From Alphaproteobacteria bacterium (GTDB lineage Bacteria; Pseudomonadota; Alphaproteobacteria; JBFXJJ01), in the NCBI GenBank assembly GCA_050175015.1, contig JBFXJJ010000008.1, forward strand, positions 32,001-96,000: a stretch of DNA of 64,000 nt. The letters run 5' to 3'. Below, one piece after another: positions 21,001 through 29,087 of this stretch. Position numbers and translations under genes: made by a program. The notes under the pieces are model-generated. The model ran no database searches and was not told the origin of the DNA. It was given only the letters and a program-made list of their open reading frames with translations. Within the stretch, counting starts at the first letter, position 1; each line of letters starts with the position of its first letter.

Positions 21001-21550
21001 TTTGTTCAAACTTGGGCTTAAATTCGTTATAAAACTCGTTGGTTACGGCATCGATTGAAAAGGCTTTTAATATATTGGTTATAGAAGAAAAGTCAGCCTT
21101 GCCGATTTGGGTTCTAAAAGTTTTGTTGGGCTTTTTCGGGTCAATAAAATAGGTGTATCGTTTATAATTGCCAAATTCTCTTTTTTTGCCTGCATAATGA
21201 ACATTGATAAAGCTGAATCTTGCTTTGCCCTCGTTATCTGTAAATACAAAGATACCTGCATCATAAAAGCCTTCTTTAATGGCTTTTTTAGCAATGTCAT
21301 ATTGTGCTTTTTTACTGCTACGCTCGGAAAGCCCTTTTTCTAATTCTCCAAGCAAAACAATGAGTTTTGAGCCTGTTCCAAATTCTATTTCACCTAACTT
21401 TTTTAATGATGAGCAAAAGGAATCTTCATCAATATGATGCGGAAGGTCTTCTTCTTGCGGTGTAAAAAAATCAGATTTTGAACGCAAAAAAGAAACAATC
21501 GTTTCTTTAGACACTTGATTTATAAGCTTTTCAATCGGATTTGGGGACAT
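18017..21550 (-). CDS. Eco57I-like (type IIG) N6-adenine DNA methyltransferase / RM fusion protein
   Basis: LGIIFE, GAVYTP, DPAAGSGAF (motif I), IIGNPPY (motif IV), C-terminal target-recognition region; start taken at MSPNP. Confidence 0.9.
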   Translation of the reverse strand: MSPNPIEKLINQVSKETIVSFLRSKSDFFTPQEEDLPHHIDEDSFCSSLKKLGEIEFGTGSKLIVLLGELEKGLSERSSKKAQYDIAKKAIKEGFYDAGIFVFTDNEGKARFSFINVHYAGKKREFGNYKRYTYFIDPKKPNKTFRTQIGKADFSSITNILKAFSIDAVTNEFYNEFKPKFEQIAKSVKEIEDTSTKEDFALLFVIRTIFIGFVQKRGWLGGDQEFLQNFWLEYKAKFNGDNKFYKNWLEPLFFEALNSTPGTQVKYRNNDFSEKTQKTLQMAPFLNGELFKQKTGVDLASAYIPDKEIEAFFEFLFQYNFTIEENTNYDEELELNPEFLGIIFERLVNKKDGAVYTPRTEVDLMCRLSLVKWLEKNSNCTKQDLYHFIFREMGVDKEFDECQKQGDFTAKEIKGLIELLQNITICDPAAGSGAFEVGMMQVLDELLGSLQTRNNCPDEYKNYSAFDRKKEIIAKSLYGVEVKRWAVWINQLRLWLSLFIDMPEDKNTSFEPLLPSLNFKVRCGDSLVQRIGGKLFPIQGHASISQSIKAKVTKLKNAKIDFFNNKNGVDIHSIRNMEKNLFLDLLHDEITNKKEKLNEYMKTYSKQGSLIEFGEKTKKENSASLEKEKEQLREEIALLQEEAKNLTDNHPLVWNIEFAEIFGEKGGFDIIIGNPPYVRQEEISDPNGLVKDNKDYKDLLEQTVKVDYPSYFKAKTKTDKKSDLYVYFYLHTLRILNPKGIHCFVCSNSWLDVGYGAWLQEFLLNNVEMHYIIDNQVKRSFANADVNTIISIFSAPEDKFQKKDKKVKFVAFKKPFEEVVVTENLLEIENTNGILKTGSFRVYSINYDELYEAGVDENKYIGDKWGGKYLRAPDIFFTILEKGKDKLVKLKDVAEVRRGITTGCNEFFYLTDTQAKEWGIEEEFLKPATMKTNELKKIDVSKIKPKGFLFLCDKSKTELQGTNALKYIKWGEIAEIEIKQGKDKGKKLTGFHNIETVKNRKLWYFLGDRKEAEILWIIAHNDRNIAFLNSDRLVGDNFFEITVCKTNKINTLLFLNSTTTNLFRELYGRSNFGGGVLKTQKPDLNNFILLKDDCVNFSKLNTNNLFNREIKNIFEECGIDPKSDIPIEEQEPKPLADRKELDDIVFDAIGLTIDERKEVYRSVCQLVYNRISKAKSV

Positions 21551-21563
21551 TTGCAAATTGCCT

Positions 21564-22586
21564 TTATTTCTTTCTAATAGGTTTGAAAGTTTTGTTTTCA
21601 TTAATTAGGGCTATAATTTCATCAATGTTTTTAATGCTATTAATTGTAAGTTCACAACATTCAACACCATAAAATTTTTGCACGCTTTCTGAAAGGTCTT
21701 CAACCTCATGCTGTTTTATTTTTTGTTTTGCCTGACCCGACGGCATAGTAATAACTAACCTGACCTTTTTCTTTCTCATATAAAGATAAGCAAAATTCTT
21801 TTTGTTATGTTGAATTGAAACATAATATTTTTGAGGATTAATTTTTATATCGGTTATTGAATTTTTAATGGTTTCATAAATTTCTTTAACCTGATTTTCA
21901 ACCCCTTCTAAATGAAATTCTTCGGTATAAGTTTTTTTAAGGTTGTTTGGCTCATCATCTTCAGCTTCTTCAATGTTTGTTTCAACCATTTCTATGACTT
22001 CAAAGTCTGGCTCTGATGTAAAAATAACTTCGCCGTTGTTATGAAATTCTTTGATTATCATAATTTTAACCATTTTATCCCAAGTGTCGGTATAGGTCGC
22101 CATTATTTCGGGAAGCTCTGGTTTTTTCTCATCTATAACAAGCAAAATATTCTGGGAATCTTCAACAATGTCCTTTATGCCTTTATAAAGTTCGTTGGTG
22201 CCAATATATTCAATGAATTCGCTCTTCAATTCTGAATCTGTATTTACAATAATAAATATTTTCTCTATTAAATCTGTTCTACTTGAAGAGTTTTTGAAAA
22301 AAGCAAAAAACTTAGTAACTTGAGGAAAGATATGATTAAAAAAAGAGTGTCCTACAAGCTCAAATTCAACCAAATAAAAATCGGGGCTTTCTGGCTTAGT
22401 AAAATCGAACAAAAAACCATCTGGTATTGATTTTCCTAATTCTTGAGTTGCTATTTTCTTTTTTGGTATGTAAACAGTCTTTTCACCAAAAAGAAGTTTG
22501 TAATTATCAAGAAGAGTATTCTCGTAATCACTTTCTTTGCTGTATTTTTTCTCTAAAAACCGCTTTCCCTTATAAAATAAACTCAT
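21564..22586 (-). CDS. PD-(D/E)xK nuclease-like N-terminus + DUF5655-like C-terminus
   Basis: ESDYE...IPDGFLFD...YLVEFEL; C-terminal YTEEFHL...KYYVS..KKNFAYL. Confidence 0.6.
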   Translation of the reverse strand: MSLFYKGKRFLEKKYSKESDYENTLLDNYKLLFGEKTVYIPKKKIATQELGKSIPDGFLFDFTKPESPDFYLVEFELVGHSFFNHIFPQVTKFFAFFKNSSSRTDLIEKIFIIVNTDSELKSEFIEYIGTNELYKGIKDIVEDSQNILLVIDEKKPELPEIMATYTDTWDKMVKIMIIKEFHNNGEVIFTSEPDFEVIEMVETNIEEAEDDEPNNLKKTYTEEFHLEGVENQVKEIYETIKNSITDIKINPQKYYVSIQHNKKNFAYLYMRKKKVRLVITMPSGQAKQKIKQHEVEDLSESVQKFYGVECCELTINSIKNIDEIIALINENKTFKPIRKK

Positions 22587-22696
22587 TTTTTACCTGTGTT
22601 TTAATTGATTGTTTGAACATTTAATTAGATAGCATAAACTAATATTTATTTCTATAAAAATGGTAATCATTAATTGCTAGTTATTTTTAGTTTTCC

Positions 22697-22780
22697 TCGT
22701 TGAGCAATGAAATTGCGAATAAGATAATCCAAGTTTGTTGGCAGGAGAAAAGTGATATTACTTTTCATGTCCTGCCTTCT
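22697..22780 (+). other. IncP/RP4-like origin of transfer of the inner IME (oriT1)
   Basis: CGTTGAGC..GCGAATAAG block, inverted repeat GGCAGGAGAAAAGTGA/TTACTTTTCATGTCCTGCC and variant nic TGTCCTG^C; homologous to 43031-43112 and 43378-43445. Confidence 0.75.
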
Positions 22781-23103
22781 TAACCTAATAAGACACATTG
22801 CGAAAGATTGCAAAAGAGGTGGAATAATTGATAAATTTTGCAAAAGATGTGCAAAGCCTTTGTTTGTAAGGGTTTGATACTGGCTTAATTATGCAAAAAT
22901 TGAGAAAGAACTGGATTTTTTGAGAAAGAATAACAAAAATTGAAAAACTTGGAGAAACTCCTTATTTTTCAACGGTTTTAAGGGGTTAAAATTGATAAAA
23001 TTTGCAAAAGAAGTGGACTCTTGTGGAATCTCTTAAATCCTCTTAAACTAGCTGATAAAATGTGATAATTTTTAAGGAAAGCCTTGTTTTTCAGAGCTTT
23101 AGC

Positions 23104-23394
23104 TTACAGGTTAAGATTTTTGCTCATTTTATTATGCAAAACCCTTACTATGAAGATATTGTCCTTTGAGACTTTGTAAAAAACATTATGGCTTTGAATT
23201 GTGTGTTGAAAATAGCCCTGCCTTATATAATCAACGGATACGCCAATATAAGGGTTTTCCTGCAAATTTAAAAAATGCCTTTTTAATTCGTTTATGTAGA
23301 GGTTGGCTTGCTCTTTGCCAAAAACATTAAAGGAATAAAGCCAAATATCTCTAATATCTTTTTCGGCTTTATTTGAAATTGTTAATTTTAACAT
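23104..23394 (-). CDS. parE: ParE/RelE-family toxin
   Basis: AEKDIRDIWLYS..FG..QA..Y...NPYIG...HNVFY...IVRVLH. Confidence 0.88.
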   Translation of the reverse strand: MLKLTISNKAEKDIRDIWLYSFNVFGKEQANLYINELKRHFLNLQENPYIGVSVDYIRQGYFQHTIQSHNVFYKVSKDNIFIVRVLHNKMSKNLNL

Positions 23395-23621
23395 CAGTTA
23401 TGTTCTTTGTTTAAAGCTTCGATAATATCATCAATGCTATTAGGGCTTATTCCGCTTTGTTCTCCTTCAATTAAAGCCTGTCTTAAAACTTCAATTTCTT
23501 CGATATTATGGCGGATTAAATCTCTAACATAATCGCTGGCGTTTGCATATTTGCCAGTTTCAACTTGAGTTTCGACCCATGATTTCATGGTGTTTGGTAA
23601 AGATATATTCATTGTTGCCAT
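23394..23621 (-). CDS. parD: ParD-like (CC2985 family) RHH antitoxin
   Basis: MATMNISLP...GKYANASDYVRDLIR...LIEGEQSG; overlaps the parE start. Confidence 0.9.
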   Translation of the reverse strand: MATMNISLPNTMKSWVETQVETGKYANASDYVRDLIRHNIEEIEVLRQALIEGEQSGISPNSIDDIIEALNKEHN

Positions 23622-23867
23622 TTTTCTGTCCTCCTAGATTTATAATGGCATAGATTGGCAAAGATTGTCAATATTATGAGGTTTAAAGTTAAAATATTTT
23701 TCACATACCCATACCGAAGCCGTAGCTTTTGGATTTTATTATTGCCTCAAGCTTGCGGCAACAAGAGGAGTTCCGTTGTTTTCAATTGCTTAAGCTTTAG
23801 ATTTTTTCAGAAATGGAATCTTAAAGACTCACTTAAACACTCCTAGACTCTCAAAGATTGTTTTAAA

Positions 23868-24161
23868 CTAATGCTGTTTAGCAGTAACAGAAAAAGAAAG
23901 CCCTAATGCGTTAATAACCTGCATAATGGTTGCAAATTCAGGGTTGCCATCTAGTGATAACGCTTTGTAAAGACTGGCTCTACCTAATTTTGACTTCCTA
24001 GCAATCTCAGTCATACCTTTTGCTCTGGCAATATCTCCTAAAGCGGCTGTAACTAAAGCAGGATCATCTTCTTCCATTGCGGCAGAAAGATAAGCAATAA
24101 TATCTTCATCAGTTTTAAGATGTTCTGCAACATCAAAAGGTCTGGTTTTAGTTTTAGTCAT
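23868..24161 (-). CDS. Addiction-module antidote protein (HI1420-like HTH)
   Basis: PFDVAEHL..DEDIIAYL...ALGDIARAKGMTEIA...LYKALS..GNPEFATI. Confidence 0.9.
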   Translation of the reverse strand: MTKTKTRPFDVAEHLKTDEDIIAYLSAAMEEDDPALVTAALGDIARAKGMTEIARKSKLGRASLYKALSLDGNPEFATIMQVINALGLSFSVTAKQH

Positions 24162-24174
24162 ATTACAAAATCCT

Positions 24175-24465
24175 TTATAAGTTCTCTGCGAGCTTAATTG
24201 CTTTTAATATATCTTTTTCTTGAGTTCTTTTGTCTCCGCCAGCCAGCAAAATAACAATCTCTTCGCCCTTTTTGGTAAAATAAATTCTATAGCCAGCTCC
24301 ATAATCTATCTTAAGTTCAGAAACCCCAGAACCTACAGACTTGAAATCGCCAAAATTACCTAAAGAAACACGGCGGATTCTAACATTAATTCTTGCCCTA
24401 GCTTCTTTGTTCTTTAGTTTTGCATACCATTTGGCAAAAACTTCAGTCTGTTCTATTTGTATCAT
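24175..24465 (-). CDS. Addiction-module killer protein (HI1419/RelE-like toxin)
   Basis: RINVRIRR..LGNFGD.KSVG.GVSELKIDYGAGYRIYF...LLAGGDKRTQEKDI; start taken at MIQIEQ. Confidence 0.9.
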   Translation of the reverse strand: MIQIEQTEVFAKWYAKLKNKEARARINVRIRRVSLGNFGDFKSVGSGVSELKIDYGAGYRIYFTKKGEEIVILLAGGDKRTQEKDILKAIKLAENL

Positions 24466-24606
24466 TATAACTGTATCCCACAAAAGACAGTTTTGCAATA
24501 TGATTTTTGTATTGTAAGTGTTTTTAATATAATAATGAGTTTAAAAAACACCTCAATAAATTTGATTAAAGAGGTGATTTTTTATTTTTAAAATCAACTT
24601 TAGTTT

Positions 24607-26769
24607 TTACGTTTTTCTAATTTTTTCAATGAAGCTTGCAACTTCGTTTTTAAGCTCTGCAGACTTTTCAGATAATTCTTTAGAGGCTGATAAAACTTGA
24701 TTAGCAGCCGAACCAGCTTCACCTGCCGCTTGAGTTACACCACTAATATTGCTTGATACTTCTGCTGTTCCTTGTGAGGCTTGCTCAACATTTCTTGAAA
24801 TCTCCGCAGTTGCCGCTCCTTGTTCTTCAACTGCACTTGCTATTGCTGTTGAAATCTCATCAATCTTATTAATAACCTCGCCAATTCTAGTTATAGCTTC
24901 AACTGCATTATTAGTCTTTTCTTGAACATCAGAAATTTGATTAGAGATATCTTCAGTTGCTTTAGCTGTTTGATTAGCTAAGTTTTTAACCTCACTTGCA
25001 ACAACAGCAAAACCTTTACCAGCATCTCCAGCTCTTGCTGCTTCAATTGTAGCATTAAGAGCAAGTAAATTAGTTTGATTTGCAATATCTGTAATAAGTT
25101 CAACCACCTCACTAATTCTTTGAGCTGATTCTGCTAAACTTCCAACAATTTCATTTGTTGAATGAATTTCATTAACAGCTTGTTTTGCAATCTCGGATTC
25201 TTCAGAAACCTGCCTTGAAATTTCAGAAATAGAAGCTGATAATTCCTCAGATGCGGCTGCAACTGTTTGAACATTTGCGGCTGCCTGCTCAGAGGCTGCT
25301 GCAACGGCTGTTGCTTGTTGAGCCGTTTCTTCTGATATAGCTGACATACTCTCAGCTGTTGAATTTAATTCTGTTGAAGCACTTGATACCGCATCAACAA
25401 TACCCATAACTGCCTTTTCAAAATCATCAGCAAGTTTTTGCATCATTACTTTTTTTTCTTCTTCTTCGGCTTTTTGTTTTAATCTTTCTTGTTCTGCTTC
25501 TAGTTCTTTGGTTTTAACCGCATTTTCTTTGAAAACCTCAACAGATTTTGCCATATCGCCAATTTCATCAAAACGATCTTTTCCTTCAATGATAGTGTTT
25601 AAATCACCACCAGAAATACTAAGCATATTTTCTTGTAATTTAAGCAAGACTGATAATTGCTTTCTAAAAAAGAACGCTAAAATAATTGCAATTAGAATAA
25701 TGATAGCAATAGATGTGTAAGTAATTTCTTTAATAGTATCATTAACAATATTTAAAAATAAAGATTGCTCTAATCCTGTAAAATAAATACCTATTATTTC
25801 GCCTTGATTGTTTCTAATGGGATCATAAGCAGTAAAATAAGAACGTCCTAAAATATCAGCCTCACCAACAAAATATTTTCCTTCAAGCATAGCATCATAA
25901 ACTGCACCTCTGGCAAGCAATGTGCCAACAGCTCTTTTACCATCTGCTTGAATAATATTTGTTGAAATGCGTTGAAACTCGGTTTGACCTCCTCTTTCAA
26001 TTCTTTGAAAAATTGTTGCAACTCCGCCTGTCATTTCTGCAACCATATCAACAATTTCAAAATTATCATTTACTATATGAGCATCTGCAAAATCACTTTG
26101 AGGCAAGCCAACAAAATAAATGCCTATTACTTCTCCTTGATTATTTCTAATAGGATCATAAGCAGTAAAATAAGAACGACCTAAAATATCAGCTTCGCCA
26201 ACAAAATATCTGCCAGCTATCATTGCATCATAAACTGCACCTCTGGCAAGTAATGTGCCAACAGCTCTATTGCCATTATCCATAATAATATTTGTTGAAA
26301 TACGTTGAAATTCTGTTTGTCCTCCTCGTTCAATTCTTTGAAAAATTGTTGCAACTCCACCAGATATTTCTTGAACTCTATCCACTATTTCAAAATTATT
26401 ATTAACAATATGATTGCCAACAACAAGATTACCCTCTTCAATTCTTACATTTCTTCCTTTGCTATTGAAAACATCTTTTAAGATATTCATAGACGTTGTT
26501 TGATTATCATTAGCGATTCTTCTTAAAACCGCATTTCCATCAATAACCATTTGCCCGTTTTGAATTGAAACTCTTTCACCTTTACTGTTAAAGGTTGCTT
26601 GCAAAACCTGCATTGCAGTGTTTTGATTGCAGTTTGCCATTTCAAGCATTTGCTCTCTAACACTTCTAGAGGTTTGATAAGTTAATGCCGCCCCTAGAAT
26701 AATTAAGCTTAAAGTGGAGCTTAAAACTATTTTGCTTGAAAATTTAAGTTTTTTGATAAAATCTAACAT
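24607..26769 (-). CDS. Methyl-accepting chemotaxis protein with internally duplicated Cache-type sensor, HAMP and MCP signal domain
   Basis: Two TM segments; [18 protein letters not shown]; [31 protein letters not shown] hairpin. Confidence 0.95.
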   Translation of the reverse strand: MLDFIKKLKFSSKIVLSSTLSLIILGAALTYQTSRSVREQMLEMANCNQNTAMQVLQATFNSKGERVSIQNGQMVIDGNAVLRRIANDNQTTSMNILKDVFNSKGRNVRIEEGNLVVGNHIVNNNFEIVDRVQEISGGVATIFQRIERGGQTEFQRISTNIIMDNGNRAVGTLLARGAVYDAMIAGRYFVGEADILGRSYFTAYDPIRNNQGEVIGIYFVGLPQSDFADAHIVNDNFEIVDMVAEMTGGVATIFQRIERGGQTEFQRISTNIIQADGKRAVGTLLARGAVYDAMLEGKYFVGEADILGRSYFTAYDPIRNNQGEIIGIYFTGLEQSLFLNIVNDTIKEITYTSIAIIILIAIILAFFFRKQLSVLLKLQENMLSISGGDLNTIIEGKDRFDEIGDMAKSVEVFKENAVKTKELEAEQERLKQKAEEEEKKVMMQKLADDFEKAVMGIVDAVSSASTELNSTAESMSAISEETAQQATAVAAASEQAAANVQTVAAASEELSASISEISRQVSEESEIAKQAVNEIHSTNEIVGSLAESAQRISEVVELITDIANQTNLLALNATIEAARAGDAGKGFAVVASEVKNLANQTAKATEDISNQISDVQEKTNNAVEAITRIGEVINKIDEISTAIASAVEEQGAATAEISRNVEQASQGTAEVSSNISGVTQAAGEAGSAANQVLSASKELSEKSAELKNEVASFIEKIRKT

Positions 26770-26805
26770 TTTGATTTCCTTAAAAAAGATTAATATTTTT
26801 GTGCC

Positions 26806-26835
26806 ATTTTACCTTTTTTATTTAATAGTTTTCAA
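26806..26835 (-). promoter_or_regulatory. Putative sigma70 promoter of the MCP gene
   Basis: Minus strand TTGAAA (26835-26830), 18-bp spacer, TAAAAT (26811-26806); AT-rich context lowers specificity. Confidence 0.45.
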
Positions 26836-26839
26836 GTTT

Positions 26840-26879
<40 letters not shown>

Positions 26880-26920
26880 GAAAATTCAAGGATTTTTCAA
26901 TTATTTTTTTTGTAATTTAT

Positions 26921-28450
26921 TCACATACCCATACCGAAGCCATAGCTTTTGGATTTTTTTAAGGCAAGTTCTTTTTCTTCTAGGTGTTCTTTATAACTTT
27001 TTTGCATTTTTTGATAAAACTCATTGTTGGTTTTGAGGGTTTCTTTAATGGCTTTGTAAGTTTCATCATCTTTTTTAAGCTCGGGTTTTAGCTCTTTCAT
27101 CATTGCATCAATGGTTTTGCTTTTGGCTCGCTCGGCATTGAGCGTATCAGATATTTTATCATAAACAAAAGAAGGGATAATAACATTGCCGCCAAGTTCT
27201 TCAATGGCAACAACCTTTGGAACTGCATCTTTGCCATCTTCAAGATAATAGAATTTGTTTTCATTGTCATACTTAGCAAGGCTTTTAATCGCTTCTTGTG
27301 CTTCTGGTTTTTGAGGCATTTCAACATAAAAAATGGCTTTTTGTTTTTCTTCAGGTTTAACTTCGAGTTTTATTTCTGGTTTATGGGGTTCTGTTATGTG
27401 TCTGCTGGTTTTGCCAGTATTAAGAAACAAGGCGTTTATTAGTTTTTTCTGAGCAACAATAATTGCCATTGCAAATGGATCTTTTAAGGCTTCAGCCATT
27501 AAAAAATCTTTCCAAGTGTAAAAGGTTTTTTTGAGCAAGGATTGCTCTTTTGGCTTCTTTTTAACGGCTTGGTATTTCTGCCATAAAATAGGCGTGTTAG
27601 GGTGTTTGGTAAGTGGCTTTTCGGTATAGGTTCTTTTGGGTTCAACAATATTTTTTGATTCCTCAAATTTACCTAATCTTTTTTCCAAGGAGTTTTTAGA
27701 AAAACTCCTGTCTAAATCAGATGCTTTAATTGCAACTTTTTCATCTTTAGAAACTATCGCTAAACCGTTGCCTCTTTTTTTAAGAAGCAAACCAGCTTCT
27801 TCAAAAACATTATGTAAATCTTGCCATTTTTGGGCTTGGTTTAATGCTTTGGTTAAGGGTTCTTTTTGCTCTTTAACATAAGAATAAAAGCTTTGTTGCC
27901 AAGTTTTAGCCTCAAAATCTCTGGCTTTCTCGTGAGGTTTTTCATAATTTGGCTCTTTGGTTTTTTCAATACCGTTATCCGTTTTAAGATTATATTTCTT
28001 CTCCATATCTCGGCATACTTTTGAGCGTTTGTAATAATCGTTTGATAAGGTCGCAACGTTGAAAGTTTCAGGGTTTATTTTGTTATAGGCAATATGCATA
28101 TGAAAGTTATCGGTGTTTTGATGCGTGCCGACAACTCTTTGATGGGTTTCTATCCCTAAGGCTTTGGCAAACTCGCATTCAATTGCTTTTAAGGTTTTTA
28201 AATCAGGTTTTTCATCTTTAAAAGAAACTAATAAGTGATAGGTTTTATCAACTTTGCATCTGGTGTTTTTGCTTTGAGTGTTTTCAATATCAATAATGGC
28301 TAAATCTAAATCATCAATGGTTTCGCCAGCAATTGAGTTTACTATCCAAAAATCAGATAGTTTTTCGCCTTCGTCTTCTGCACCTGCAATATATTTAGCA
28401 AGCCTTCTAAAACTGCTCTTTGTTGTTCTTGGAATATGCTTAGAAATCAT
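26921..28450 (-). CDS. MOBP-family relaxase (RP4 TraI-like)
   Basis: RLAKYI (catalytic Tyr), TYHLLVSF, HQRVVGTHQNTDNFHMHIAYNKI 3H motif. Confidence 0.92.
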   Translation of the reverse strand: MISKHIPRTTKSSFRRLAKYIAGAEDEGEKLSDFWIVNSIAGETIDDLDLAIIDIENTQSKNTRCKVDKTYHLLVSFKDEKPDLKTLKAIECEFAKALGIETHQRVVGTHQNTDNFHMHIAYNKINPETFNVATLSNDYYKRSKVCRDMEKKYNLKTDNGIEKTKEPNYEKPHEKARDFEAKTWQQSFYSYVKEQKEPLTKALNQAQKWQDLHNVFEEAGLLLKKRGNGLAIVSKDEKVAIKASDLDRSFSKNSLEKRLGKFEESKNIVEPKRTYTEKPLTKHPNTPILWQKYQAVKKKPKEQSLLKKTFYTWKDFLMAEALKDPFAMAIIVAQKKLINALFLNTGKTSRHITEPHKPEIKLEVKPEEKQKAIFYVEMPQKPEAQEAIKSLAKYDNENKFYYLEDGKDAVPKVVAIEELGGNVIIPSFVYDKISDTLNAERAKSKTIDAMMKELKPELKKDDETYKAIKETLKTNNEFYQKMQKSYKEHLEEKELALKKSKSYGFGMGM

Positions 28451-28767
28451 AGCTCCTCAATCTTAGCCTTTAAAATTGCTCGTAAATCTGCAATAGCGTT
28501 AATATGTTTGTTTAACTCTTCAGGATAAAAATTTTCATCAAGAGCAAGTTTAAACAGATTACCCAGCCTTGCTAAATCAGCATTGATTTTTAATAAATCA
28601 GATATAGCTTGTTGCTTGCCAATGTTAGGCAAGGGAATATTTAAAACCGCAAATCTTAAAAGCTCTGATTGTGATAAATTATAAGTTTTAGCTAACTCAA
28701 CCAGTTTATCTTTTTCTTGCCTATTAAGATAAACAAGGCTTGCTATGTTTCTTTTATCTGGTTTCAT
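28447..28767 (-). CDS. mobC: MobC/TraJ-like relaxosome accessory protein
   Basis: RHH-like N-terminus (LSQSELLR) and LLKINADLARLGNLFK; overlaps the relaxase start. Confidence 0.85.
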   Translation of the reverse strand: MKPDKRNIASLVYLNRQEKDKLVELAKTYNLSQSELLRFAVLNIPLPNIGKQQAISDLLKINADLARLGNLFKLALDENFYPEELNKHINAIADLRAILKAKIEEL

Positions 28768-28769
28768 GG

Positions 28770-29087
28770 CTAAAGCTCTTCATCAGGAATTTTTCTCTTT
28801 GGATCAAAATGAAACTTTTTAATCTCGTGAGGATTATCAGAGCTTAATCTTTTTTCTTCTGCTTCTTTGCGGGCTAAAAGCCTTAAATCTTCAGGGTGCA
28901 TAAAATCTTTTAGATTGATGTGCTTTTTGATAAATCGATAAAAAGATGCTTTAGAGCAGGTTATTTCTCTTTTTTCCTTTAGCTCGTTATAAATGCTATG
29001 CCTTGTATAGCCTTGTTTAAGCAAAAGCCTGATTTTGGCAGTTTTTGCGATTAGTTCATATCTAACTTGGGCGTAATATTTAGTCAT
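28770..29087 (-). CDS. traK: TraK-family oriT-binding protein
   Basis: IRLLLKQGY...IYNEL....ITCSKASFYRFIKKHI...FHFDP pattern of the TraK family; upstream of mobC-relaxase. Confidence 0.75.
   Translation of the reverse strand: MTKYYAQVRYELIAKTAKIRLLLKQGYTRHSIYNELKEKREITCSKASFYRFIKKHINLKDFMHPEDLRLLARKEAEEKRLSSDNPHEIKKFHFDPKRKIPDEEL

Noticed and set aside
10257-21550. DISARM or BREX system
   Set aside because: No DrmA/DrmB (DUF1998) or PglZ/BrxC recognisable; only an MTase and a PLD-SNF2 helicase
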